64,000 nt of DNA from Balanoglossus misakiensis (Eukaryota; Animalia; Hemichordata): assembly GCA_040954595.2 (NCBI GenBank), contig CM082596.2, positions 7,890,468 through 7,954,467 of the forward strand. Reading direction: 5' to 3'. The position numbers were made by a program, and so were the translations under genes. Below are positions 49,981 through 64,000 of this stretch, one piece after another (position 1 is the first letter of the stretch; every line of letters starts with the position of its first letter). The notes under the pieces were generated by a model, which saw nothing but the letters and a program-made list of their open reading frames with translations, searched no databases and was not told the DNA's origin.

Positions 49981-52435
49981 AGTGGCAATCCTGTATAAGT
50001 TTACAATATTTGCAGCATACCAGGAATGCTGCGATTACCACCCGTGTGTGTGTCTGTTGCCCTGGTCTGTTGCCGGCCGTCCACGTTCGCCGAACACAAA
50101 ACTGCCATTGCTTTAGCGCCACCTAACGTCAGGAAGTTGCAGACCTGTTCTTTCTTATGACCATACGCATGTGCGCAAAACTTATAATGGGTGGCGCTTT
50201 TTCAATAAGTTTAGGGGACCAGCCGTGGTTGTTATCACACGCCAGTTCAATCAGTTATCAGTTTAGTTGTCAGTACAATAACAGTTCATTCTTCCGTATG
50301 GATGTCATTCAAACCACAGGTCGCCAACTGAGCAATATTTTTATGCCCAAATATGAGACTGGCGTACGGTGCAATATCATCGTCGGAATGAAAAGTGAAA
50401 TCGATCCGATGTGTTTAGTTTTTTTTAAAGTTCAATTGAGGTGAATTACACGTTATATATTGGGGAGAACGAAGCGCTTGTGTATTGCGACCTGTGGTGC
50501 TTCATAAATATGTAATACATGTACCGCTTATTATGCCAACAGGTGGTATTTCACGCGTTGCAGGTTACCCGCAAGTGTGATTCCGCCTTTTACGCTCTAA
50601 AATAAAGTCAATTGGTGTTAATGAAGACAAACATATTGTCAACTTATAAAAAGTTTACTAATAGGGGGTCCCCATCACTCCTCGTTAGAACTATATGATA
50701 CTTGGCGCCATTTTGAGACGACAACATTTGTGAGACAAAATACCGTCGATATCATAGACAGTAGAGAGGAATGACCTCTGTCTGTGAAGGTATGCGTCCT
50801 TGCTGTGGTTCTATGGAACTGTTGCACATTGTGTCGAGCATTCTTTTGTGAGCTTACTTTGCTGTAAATGATTCTCCACGCCACCCACAGCTAGACACAG
50901 ACATTTTCTGTGTGTGTGAGCTTGGACACAGAAAACATTTAGCTAGCCAGTGAGAATTTTTTGTCACCTGGAGCAACCGACGTTTTCCCTGGTTGTTTTT
51001 GTCCGTATATCGCGATATTTTCTATTCACAGGTGGTTGTGGGCCTGCTTTCTTACATTTTCTGTATCTCCCCTATGGTAGAATTCGGCTCTCAGCTTTAC
51101 AATTTTACTGAACATACGACGAACAATGCCAAGGATAGGCCTATGCCTACTTTTCAGATAAAATCCATGTTTGTAGGTTATCAACCAATCACGTTCAGTT
51201 AGACTGCATAACGGAACTTCCGTTTTTGATAGTGTATTTGTCGGCGATTAGAGGTTATTCGTACCATCGATCACAAAATAAGTGTGTCACTACTACTTGT
51301 GGTTCACCGTCAGTTCACACGCGTGCAATTGTGTCGCCGGTTTGAGTTGGTGTGGTCGACAAACAAGATAGTGCATCACGCCGTCACCATGGTGAAATGT
51401 GTTTACCCACGCACCTTAGCCTAACATGTACACGTGGCCATCCATATGTATGTTGCGTGCATGTAAAACAATGTAAAATCAGAGAGACTTGACCAGGGAG
51501 GGAGGGAAAGGGGGAGAGGGGAGCGAGGGGTGAGAGAGAGTGGGAGAGGGAGGGGGGAGGGAGAGCGAGATGGAAATTACTGTATGTCAAGGCGATTTGC
51601 CGCGCGTAATAAATGAAGTCAGTCATTCGATCGATCGATCAATCAATCAATCAATTCTATAATAGCGGCTAACCCCTTAGGTTATGTCTAATGAATAACA
51701 AAACTCCTTAACACCGCAGCCCTCCCCCCCCCCCCCCCGTAATTTCTTACAAAGCCCTGAACTGGCACGGATTGACCCGCGCGACCCGTGGCGCACATGA
51801 CTTTGCGTAATCGACAGACATGACAAGAAGGTATTGTTTCCCCGAACATGTGCAGCTATCAGAGGTCACCTTGTCGTTCTTAGTTGCGTTACGTAATCAT
51901 GCTTGTTCAATCAAGCATGGCGGTAGGCAAGGTGGGCCTGCCTCCATGAATGAAATGACTAGACATGACATGTCTGGTGAAAATTCTACATCGTGCCGCC
52001 GCGCGTCTGTCACGGGCACCCGAGACGACAGTCGTTTAATATCGTGCGCACAGTTTTTTCTTCTTCCGCTAGTGCGGGCGCTACACATTTGTGCCTGAGT
52101 GAACTACTTTGTGTTTCGCTATTGAAAAGTAGGTTACAGAACGCTATGTGTACGAGCGTACACACAGGGGTCACAGCCCTGTTGTCCTTTTTTCTCATTA
52201 TGTGGTCCCCGCCCATGTTTGTATCGCTTCAAGCTATTCGTTACTGTCGAACAGGCCGCAGAGGTTCGCCCTTATCGAGATATTTGTGAAAATTTCACAT
52301 ATTTCGACCATCTGTGTGTGCGCATTACCCAGATTGTAGGAAATGTCCCAAATTATATAGCCTAATAAATGCCATCGCGAGCTCCCTGTTTCAGACTTCA
52401 GCCAACACGACGAGTTGTCGCCATGGAGCCCGGCC

Positions 52436-52545
52436 CACGTAAACCAATCAGGCGCATCGTTATAAATAGCAATGTCGTCGTTATTAGGTCAACGTGCTTG
52501 TATGCAAATAGCTTTGTAACGAAGGCAGTAGACTAGTAGGCCAAT
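52436..52545 (+). promoter_or_regulatory. Candidate core promoter of the nuclear receptor gene
   Basis: CCAAT at 52444, TATAAA at 52461, AT-flanked AGGTCA at 52486, ATGCAAAT at 52502 and a second CCAAT at 52541, about 350-450 bp upstream of the ATG at 52885. Confidence 0.45.
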
Positions 52546-52884
52546 GTCACCGAAAGGTCGCTGCGCCGCGTCCTCCGATTTTCGCAGTTTCGGCATCTGA
52601 AGTGCAGGTTCACAACTCCAAAGTATCCGGTGGCTGGATATCAGCTAGGCGAAAAAGTTATCACCCGCTCCAAACTAAACACTGACCGACTTTCTCTGCA
52701 TTCCCAAACACCGCCGCTCATAGACGAGCGGTGTCCTTGTGCGTTAGTTCATCGAGTCGACCCACATAACAGAACCCGACTGCACGGCTCAACAGTAAAT
52801 ATTTCCCGATTAGCGCGACCCGCTCACCTAGACGGTTTTCCTTTATTTCTCGTTTAAAAGAAGACCGTATTTCTTCAAACAGCG

Positions 52885-54711
<1,827 letters not shown>

Positions 54712-57700
54712 TAGTTTTGCGTTTGTTATAAACTATTTGTAATAAGTGTGTGTTTAATACATGTGATGCGTATCCTATGTTGGCAGTGAAATTTTCCTCG
54801 TATGGAAATTTTGCTTGCATCTCAAGTACTGTAGATGTATTCACTGCAGTGCATGTGATTAACAGAGCATTGTGTTGAAATGCCCTTGACCCAACACCAT
54901 TCACACGTTTTTTGAGATATATCTGTATTTCAACCTGCTGAAACTTGTGGCAGACACCCTAAAATGAGCCAGTCAAGTTTAAAGCTAAAAATTGAACAAA
55001 TATTTGATATTTACAATTAAAAAAAAATTGATACAAGTTGAAATTTAGCTGTCAAAAAAGTGTCATATCACATATGTCAGATGTATGAACTACAGTGCAT
55101 AAAAGTGTGATTTTCAAGATTGCCAATTTGCTGATTTCAGTGAAATTGAACGTCAACAGGGAAGTCTGCCACTTTTTAGAATTGGATATGTATGTATGCA
55201 TGCGTGTAAAGATGACAATTGGCATGCTTATGTGATATTCAAACCATCTGAAGAATATGATAGATTGGGTTCAGAATCTGCGATGAATCATTACAAATTT
55301 TATTGCCATAAGCGTTTCTGTTATCAATCAGGCTGTATCACATCGCCCGATTTGATCGCGAATATTGCGAATTGCGCCGCGAATATTACATATTGCGCCT
55401 CTGAATGTACAGAATTTTGCGTGAATATTTTTCCCACTGCCAGAAAGAATTTTTTGCATGTGATGCGAGACCCAGGTAAGTCAAGTGGAGTAGCGGTCTG
55501 TGTCGGGAAGATGAAAAAATGGTGAATGCTGTACAAGCCGGTGCCAACCTTTGGCTTCGTCTTCCTTTCTTGCCTCAAGTGCCTTCAATCAGGAGCTCGG
55601 TGAAGCTTTTGTGTCTCCAAAACACCGGAGTATTAAATGGACCAGCTGAGAGTGTTAAGTTTCCAATTCCTTTAAAGAGACCCACCACAGTTAACATTTT
55701 TCCCCCCTCTCTCGATGCCCGAGTTAAATTGTGCATGGTACGCGGTCTTGTATGTAAATTGTGTATACCCAGACTTGTGTTTGTATTTGAGACTGGCAGA
55801 CTATTTGTTTGGGGAATTGGGTAGCAGGAAATGCGAAAATGTTTCCCTTGGCCTGGATTGTTGGAGGGGATTACCAAGCTTTATCCGAGGGGCTGTCGGT
55901 CGGTCGGTGCACAAGTGAACGGGAAAATGTATTAATGCTGTCTGGGACTTGAGGTTGCCGGGTTAATCTTAGCTTTAGGGACGAAGTAGCCGGGTGTGTT
56001 CAGTCAGACGTAACCTGATCTATTAAAAAATAGTGCCAGGAATTGAGTCATGTTTGTCCCAAGCCTTGTGATTGGTTCGTGAAGGAGTTAGGTACGAATG
56101 TATTTGGGTCTCAGCAAATGAGAGACTGGATTTTATGATAGGCTGAGAGTGTGTCGTTCAGGAGGAGAACATAGATGAGTTTCAAACTGGTATTTGTCAT
56201 GAATTTATAGTAAAAATGAAGAAATGAGCCCCTAAAATTCAACAGTGACAACTGAAAATTTGTGATGTGATTTAAAAGAACGAGAAAATCATAGTCAGCA
56301 AAGTATAGATGATTGTGAAATTGATGTTTTTAATGTACCTGAAAATGGCAATTTGATCTGTTTTTGGAACAGTAGTACTGGGCGGTATTTAATAACAGAA
56401 GACACTTCTGTGATACTTAATTTCTGTGGATTTTAACGTTAGTCTGTGCACTCACTTTTGTGTGATAGTTGCGGGGTGGTTTTTTTTTGCAACAGACTGT
56501 TGCGTTGCCAGCTGAGTACTCCCACATGAGACGATCCTGTCCAGTAACTGTACCATCTACTTTCGTCATTCGACTATGAGCCTGTGTTAGAATGAAAAGT
56601 GAGACACCCACGCATAACCTGCATTGCTGTTCAACAAAAAGTTGCATGAGAAAAACACACACTGTACATTGTGCACCGTCCCTTGGTAAATGTCACGGGT
56701 TCAAAAGCATTTCAATCAAGCTGTTCTGTTCGCATTTTATTCTCCAGGTTAATGCCCACTATCCGCCAGGGTAATGCCCACAGTGGAATGCTTAAAGGGC
56801 AACATGTTTTTTCCCCCAGGATTAAACACGTCTACAAACAGATATCTCTTCAGTACCTGTCTTTCTGTCTCATAATTACTGCCTGTCTCTCGTTCGTGTT
56901 TTCTCTATTTGTATACAAAGACACACAAATTAGTTTTTTATACATCATATACATTTTATACATCATTATGGGCTGCTAAATTTGGAATAACCATCGTGTT
57001 CTTATTATTATTGGAACAACCCGTTTTTTTTATAGCAGGGATCAGTGTTTCATCCCGACTGTTGCATTGTGGGTTTTGGACAGGTTGGCAAGCCACACCC
57101 TACATGTAAAAGGGTAACAGCCTGGACATGTTAAGATGTCTATTTTAAAAGAAGACGTTTTTTGATGGCTGGTCACATTTTTGATCAAGACAATTTCTCT
57201 AATATGTGCTAGTGTGCGAAAAACCAAATTACCGGTACTTAATAAAAGTGAATAATTTGGCAATTAAACCTCGCTATTTTATTAGATTTCCAAATTCCTT
57301 TAAAAAATTCACTGAAAGATTTATGTTTACGTATGGTTGGTTCCACACCAGGAGAAGTGGCTGCAAGATGGTTTAATGGTTGTGTGTTTGTGTGTGCAAA
57401 TATACAAACTCTACCAGGAAACGTGGGACATTTTAAATAAGTAATATACTATTCAATCAAATTAAATGGCGAAGTCAAAGATCAGCCTCCAAGAAGGAAG
57501 TTGATTTATAACTAGGAACGTGCGAACAGGACATCTAAAAAATTTACCCCTCTCTCAGAATTTCCAAGCGATCATGTCTGGTAGTAGTGTCCCAGATCCT
57601 CATTCTGAGATAAATTAGCGATCATTTAAACTGTAATGAAGTGTATTGTGTGTGTTTGGCATATTTTTCTGTTCACTGGCTAACTTGGCCAGGTTTATGG

Positions 57701-58701
57701 AGCATGACGGCAAAGTGAAAATAAAACCAGCATAGACTTCATGGACTTAGGGCCTGACAGGTAATGACTGTTGGAAATATGCAAGCCAATTATTCTGAGC
57801 CAGTTATGCGCAAAGCTGCAGTACAAGTTAGCGATATCACACATTGTGCGACTAAAGTCTGACATACCTCAACTGCAGACAAAAACTGGAGGTGTTACCG
57901 ATATTTTGAATGGATACTTTTAAAAGAAATTCCCTACATAGCCTATGTTGAATGGTTCAAAAAATAAAATATTAATTTATTATTATAAGGTGTGGCCTTT
58001 GCTCAGTATTCAAATGTAATCCAGTCATTGTCTTACATTACCAGAATTAAATAAAAAATATTTGCAGTTTAAAAAATTACAAAAATCTACCCATATCTAA
58101 TCATGAACAAGAGTTAGTTTCAGTCTTGAAACTGAGGTTATAAAGAGCTATTTGAGTAAAAAAGTTTCTTTTGTCATTATGTTTTATTAGCATAGGTTTG
58201 AAAAAAAAAATCAATTATTTTTCAAGGTTTCCAAACTCTTTAAATGATGTCAACTTTTAAAAAAGAAATTGTCAATGAAGGATCTTGTAACCTTTTAACA
58301 GGATCAGATTTCTAGACACTGTTCAAGTTATTTATTGCTGTGTGTTATTTTAAACTGATGAGTAATACCTGTGATGGTTACATTTATATACATGTTGGGG
58401 TTTAGGGTGTGGAATATTTACTTGGATCCAGAGCTGTGATTTTCTAAACAAGAACCCCGGCTCAGGGCCACAGCGTACAGACTCTGTATTGTGATGTCAT
58501 TCTAATGAAACTTGGCTGTCCACTTCCTTGGGAATCAGGAATGGAAAATCTATTGAAATATCGCGAGAAAAAACACACGGACTTAATATATCAAGTTTCA
58601 TTTGCCAGCAAACGTTTATGGCTTCCTCTTTGATACCATCTTGTGAATAATAAACTAAAGTAAAGTTGTTACCCAAATTGCATATTTGCCGGCCTCTTGT
58701 A

Positions 58702-58902
58702 TTAAAGGTACACAGTCACCTCTAATTTACATACATACATGTATGTCCATAAATGGCAAAATTGTGTATCTGTGTATTCTAAAGAACATATGGTGGCGCT
58801 TTTTTTTTTTACTAGTGCCACCCACTGAAAATCTGTGATTGGCTAGATCTCAGTTTGCCATGATAACTGTAGCTTAATTTCTACAGGTGACTATACTTTT
58901 AA
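58702..58902. mobile_element. MITE family D, opposite orientation
   Basis: TTAAAGGTACACAGTCACCT...AGGTGACTATACTTTTAA; core is the reverse complement of the 49799 copy. Confidence 0.8.
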
Positions 58903-61900
58903 CGGGATGGAGGATTGAAAACAAATCATTGTGGTTGACAGAATTCAAACAGAATGTAGCAAAAATAATTGCTGTGATATTTTCAAATCATTTTTGTCAT
59001 ATCTCTAAAAATCTTTACATTTTTGGTTGAATTTTGCTGCCGTTGAAATAATACAGGAAGCCAAGGATGAAAATGAAAGATTCTCAGTCGATGTGGGGCA
59101 TGACTTGGCAGTAAATAGCAGTGTTCTTGTTGTCTCGGCTCGTTCTGTATTCTCAGGCTCCTCCTAAATTCCTGACGCCAAGGTACTTGCCCCGGCCGCG
59201 CACAGGTAGTAACGTTGATGAATGAAGGGCGGGGTGTGCGCAACCTTTCAACAAAAGCGATTTGTTCTTCAAGTAGGTGACGGTGACAGGAGACAAAAAA
59301 TCCCCCCTGTCAGGAGCGCTGCATAGACCACAAAAGTGTTGTTTTGGATCAGGGAAGACGTTGTGAGCTGCCCGCATGCATTAAGTACTACGCTTTTTCT
59401 TGTAACAAAGAAATAGTTTTCTGCTGACGTCATTGTTGTCGGCGCTGACCCCGATAATAAAAGTAGCCACACTCAGACTCTGCTTGCATGCGTGGTTCTG
59501 TGAAACATGACCCGGGCAAAACTGACTCAAAACAAACCATTTTATTTATGTGAGCCACTGGTGCTATTGTACTTCCGACATTTTTTTCGACTCAGAAAGT
59601 TACAGAATACAAGACAATATTAGGTTTGACAACTTGTTTATGTGCTTCTTCGTAACCGAGAATTATCTTCATGACATATTTACAGCGAAAAAAATCCGAA
59701 TCGCGAACAGTAAAAAGAATAAAACTTTAATTTCCTGCCGCATTAAAAACGCTGTCAGTGATTGGTCACCGCCATGGCACTAAAAGCTCTCCTGCTTTTC
59801 TAGGTCAGTGCGGTGACCCGAAACTTGACCTGTATCGCGAGCAAACAAGCCTAAACACTTGGCATCCCAGTGGCACAGGTAATGGATACTTGTTATTAGC
59901 GGTCAACCCTGGACAAGGTCATTGACACACTTTCGTTTTCAGTAATAGTCTCTACTCTGATTCCACCTAGTAATGTTCAGTATATAGTAAAATCACTGCA
60001 GTGTTTTATTCAGGATGGCTTCAACAGAGGCTGAGGATATATGTCCCCCTTTGCCAGAATATTTGGTAGAGGGGCATTCCGCTCTGGCAAGGGGGACTGG
60101 AATATCTCCAGCAGACATCATTTTAAGGGGCACTGGTCCCCCAATGACAGATTGCCAGGGGGTGTCAACAAGGGGGTGAATTCCCACTTCCCCCCATCCA
60201 GATGAAACAATGTCACTGTATTCTTTTTGGAACAAGAATCTAATTGAAATGCTGTGATTTATTTTATTCCTAAAATACTGGTACATGTAACTTGTACGTT
60301 TTCCAAATATTACGATTTTTGGCTTGGAGGCCCTCCTCTGTGACTTCTGTTGACAAATTTCAGAGCTAAATTGCTGTGTTTGATTAGGTGAATAAAATTT
60401 GCATGACTTGGATTGTTACAGCATTTTGCTACGTCTTTTACTGTTTCGAGAATGTGAGAAAAGATATCAGTACATTTGGCCCCAAGCATCTTAATAGCTA
60501 AACTTGAAAGTCCAGGTCAAGTTGATTGTCCTTTTTGGAGTATATATCAAGAGCTACCGTATGGTAGAAAATATACACATTAATCATCTGTTCATGATTT
60601 GCCATGAGTCTGCAAACAGGGTTGAGGTTATGAGTAATTGATATTATGATAATTGAACATTCAGCATGAATCAGCAAAAAGGGGTCACATATAAGATTAT
60701 TCTTTAACATTTATTTACTGTACAAATTTTATCTCTAATACAGTGATGTGAGCAGAGGCCAATGTACACACAATCAGCAAGTTGTTATTTTTCACTGGTG
60801 TAAAAACCGTTGATGCGAATATGTTTTTTTTTTTGTCTGTAAAGGTTCCTGTGGGTGTTGGCCCTAACTGGGCTGGCTGTCAATCTTGACAGGGCCAGCC
60901 AGTTAATTCCATAGAAACAGTGCGAGAATGACCTTGTCGGAACAGATCATGTCCAGGCCAAATGCTCAAGACAGCAGTGGTAATATTTCTAAATTAAAGT
61001 CAAACAAACTTGAAACCAGAATACTAGTTTTTGGTCGTAAATCTCACCACAGAATGGTACCAGTCTGCTGTTGACAAAATAAATATTTTTTTCCCAAATG
61101 AATTCGGAAAGTATTAAAATGAGTTTTCTTTTGAAGTTTGGTGCGTTTGAAAATCAGAGGTGTTGTCAGAGCCATATAACAAAAGAACAGTGCCAGGGCT
61201 AATGTCTGCTTTATGATGCAAACAATGGACTGCAAAAACGCTCTGTGCTTTTGTTTGGTTGGCATTGGCAGCGAGCTCGGTCTCATTAATTCAGTGCATA
61301 ACTAAAAAGTGTGCATAAGTGTGTTTGATGTGTGACAACACGTTTTCGAAATGTCAAGGGCAACGACCCAGATTCAATGACACAGTTTCAGGGAGGCTGT
61401 TTGTCGACCAGCCGTGCGCAGGCGGTGGTGATTTGCATGAATTTACACAACATCACGCGCACGCATCATGAATGAATTGGATTGATTGAAGTTAATTTTA
61501 GATTGATACACAAATAGAAAATACAGTCCCTTTTGCACAGAAATATCCCATTATAGTGGTATGATTGATAAAATTAAATACTTTTTTATCCAAATAATAG
61601 CCGTTTTTTCCCATATGCCATGCGTTTTTCAAAATAAAATTGAAAAAGAGAAGTTTGTTCTTCAGCAAATTATATTTCTCAGGGATTCAGTTATAAATTG
61701 GTGTGCATGTATATTTAAATCTTACAGGACATCCTGTTCTAAAAAGGTTTGGGAATTTTTATATTTACAGAATGTATAAAAGTCCAATTGCTTTGTTCAT
61801 TTATTCTAGGTGAAGCTTGGGGGCACAAAGAAACCTGGTCTCCCCAAAATGTCAGTAAGGTCATCGTATAAGGTCACATCCCCTGGGTTATGGCTTGCAT

Positions 61901-62225
61901 CCTTGAAATCTATTCAAAATTGAAAGCTCAAGGCTATATTGGGCCACCAGTGCAGCTTGAAAATCTGCAGTTAAATTTTGTTTTATTGAGAGAAAAAAAG
62001 ATTAAGATTTTGAGTCAAAATTTCCAGAAATGGAATATGAGAAGTACATACAGGAATCATAATTAAGAGTATATGTCGGTCAATATAAAAATATTTGCTT
62101 TAACCTTGGCCTGTCATTGGGAGTAGATATCAACCTAATAATTTCAGTATAGACACACAGCTGGACTGGACAGAGACCATGTGGTTGTAGTGACAGGCTT
62201 GTGTACATGTCTTTGCCTTGGTTGC

Positions 62226-62404
62226 ATTTTCACGATATCAAAATAGGCAACTGTTACGCAAGGATTAATTTTCACATTCTTGTATTTCACTAACTGCATC
62301 GTTATCTCTGAATAACATTTTACGCGACTTTTTATTTACACGTTTTTTGGCTCTCGCGTATTTCGTGAAATTTATTGCTTGCAAAAATAACCCGTTTTAC
62401 AGTA
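62226..62404. mobile_element. MITE family A, left-truncated copy
   Basis: gatatcaaaataggcaactgttacgc...AAAATAACCCGTTTTACAGTA; similar to 5765-5975. Confidence 0.75.
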
Positions 62405-62531
62405 ATGATATACGTCCATGACAGAATAGGATATCCGGTAACTGATACGTCAACAGGACTTATCAGGTCAAGTCCTGTCATGGCATACATATACGGAGTG
62501 AACAATTTTACCATTAATCTGCTCAGTTATA

Positions 62532-62727
62532 TACTGTAAAACACTTTATTTTAATTAGTTAAAATTTTCGCGATATCGAGAGAGGCCACTGTTTCGCGAG
62601 TATTAATTTTCGCGTTCTCTTATTTCATTCACTGCATCGTTGTCTTCAAAAAAAATTTACGCGACTTTTTATTTTCACGTTATTTTGGCTCTCGCGTATT
62701 TCGCAAAAAATAAAGTGTTTTACAATA
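62532..62727. mobile_element. MITE family A
   Basis: TACTGTAAAACACTTTATTTT...AAAATAAAGTGTTTTACAATA; nearly identical to 2846-3059. Confidence 0.85.
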
Positions 62728-63520
62728 TTTCATAAAAACTAATAGGGGATAATTTGATACTAGCAGGAGTTCAGCTATGTTGAATGTCTTAGCAAAAGGT
62801 CTGTATACTTGTGAACATATCTGTGTGTCAGACTGTCGTCCAGTTTGTGTGTCAATCAATTGCTTCTACTTATAGAACACACACTAAAAATATGACGTCT
62901 TTGTGAAGATTTTTGTGTGTGTTGCCATTGTTAATCTTTTATACCCAGATTATTTCAATGCGTTATACTGCATTCTATTTTTTGGTGCAATCGATATAAA
63001 AAATCCATAATTTCGCATAAAGGATTCCTATATATGGCTTGCACTACATGTAGTTTCTATAGGTGATATACAGCCTACATGCATTTAGTACAGTACAGCT
63101 GAATGCAGTAAAGTAGCTGTAGAAGAATATGATGTCAATGCTGAATAATATCATGTGGTGATATTAATTTGGGCACTTTTGTTCTCGGTTATATTGGCTA
63201 TGATTGTTAAACAGCAGTTAATGTATGGTATAACTATAAAAAAGAAATTCGTCGAAACACTTACTTTACATTAAAAAATCTTGGGAGCAAGGGAGTTGTT
63301 CAGCAATGAACTTGTCTTCAAAAAGTTATAGGGCATCCCCCCCCCCCTCCCTTGATTAAAAATCACACCAGCATCAAATACTCTCAAAAACTCAGTTTAT
63401 ACACTAAAAACTGTTTAAATCGGATACCATATGGACTGATTGGTTTGCTGGGGTGTCTGGTTTATAGAGCTTCTTTTAATATGTACAGTGTAGTTATGTG
63501 TGCAGAAAGGGACCGGAAAA

Positions 63521-63733
63521 TACTGTAAAACACTTTATTTTCGCGAGCAATTAATTTTCGCCAAATACGCAAGAGCCAAAATAGCGTGAAAATAGAAAAG
63601 TCGCGTAAATTGTTTTTGAGGATAACGATGCAGTGAATGAAATAAGAGAACGCGAAAATTAATACTTGCGAAACAGTGGCCTCTCTCGACATCGCGAAAA
63701 ATTTAACTCGCGAAAATAAAGTGTTTTACAGTA
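63521..63733. mobile_element. MITE family A, opposite orientation
   Basis: TACTGTAAAACACTTTATTTTCGCGAG...CTCGCGAAAATAAAGTGTTTTACAGTA, a perfect TIR. Confidence 0.85.
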
Positions 63734-64000
63734 TGTTCGGTATAGACGTGTTTCAAGATTAGACAGGGTTCGGTTTAGACAGGTTTAATGTACAATCAGA
63801 CTACCATATCCACTTGCAGTGATCGATGAGCTGGAAAAAAACACTGATTTCGACAATGAAGAATTCATCATCTGTGCTGAACTGCACACTGTCATTTGCG
63901 ATATACGTTTTCCTGTGATATACATGTATGTCTGTGATGATGAGAATTTATTGCCGTGTTTTGAGTTTATGGTGGAATCATTGACGTGACTGTGAGTGGG

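Noticed and set aside
51495-51570. Purine-rich GGGA/GAGA tract (G-quadruplex or triplex candidate)
   Set aside because: Low-complexity sequence with no supporting context.

Overview
AT-rich animal genomic DNA with GT-AG introns, microsatellites and MITEs. The gene content suggests a marine invertebrate, plausibly a hemichordate (inference only). All exon models were assembled by hand and are phase-consistent. From left to right: (1) a head-to-head pair of 13-coding-exon SLC18B1-like MFS transporters (<1..6626 minus; 8305..14739 plus) with near-identical 3' ends but different transmembrane acidic residues; (2) an intronless 826-aa HEPN(DZIP3-like)-B-box-coiled coil-filamin-NHL protein (15354..17834) with NF-kB and ISRE-like motifs upstream; (3) a small Pro/Ser/Thr-rich orphan gene (about 21278..36582); (4) two tandem minus-strand secreted paralogs that share a signal peptide, a propeptide and a bacterial-type DUF6973/'minimal Wnt' (Lipocone-like) domain but end in different effectors, a Tae4-type peptidoglycan amidase (45154..49261) or a trypsin-fold protease with an extra chitin-binding exon (39162..44204); (5) the 5' part of an E75/Rev-erb (NR1D) nuclear receptor gene (52885..54660, probably continuing past the window). 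The best candidate for a novel system is (4), a modular antibacterial-like effector pair, followed by (2).
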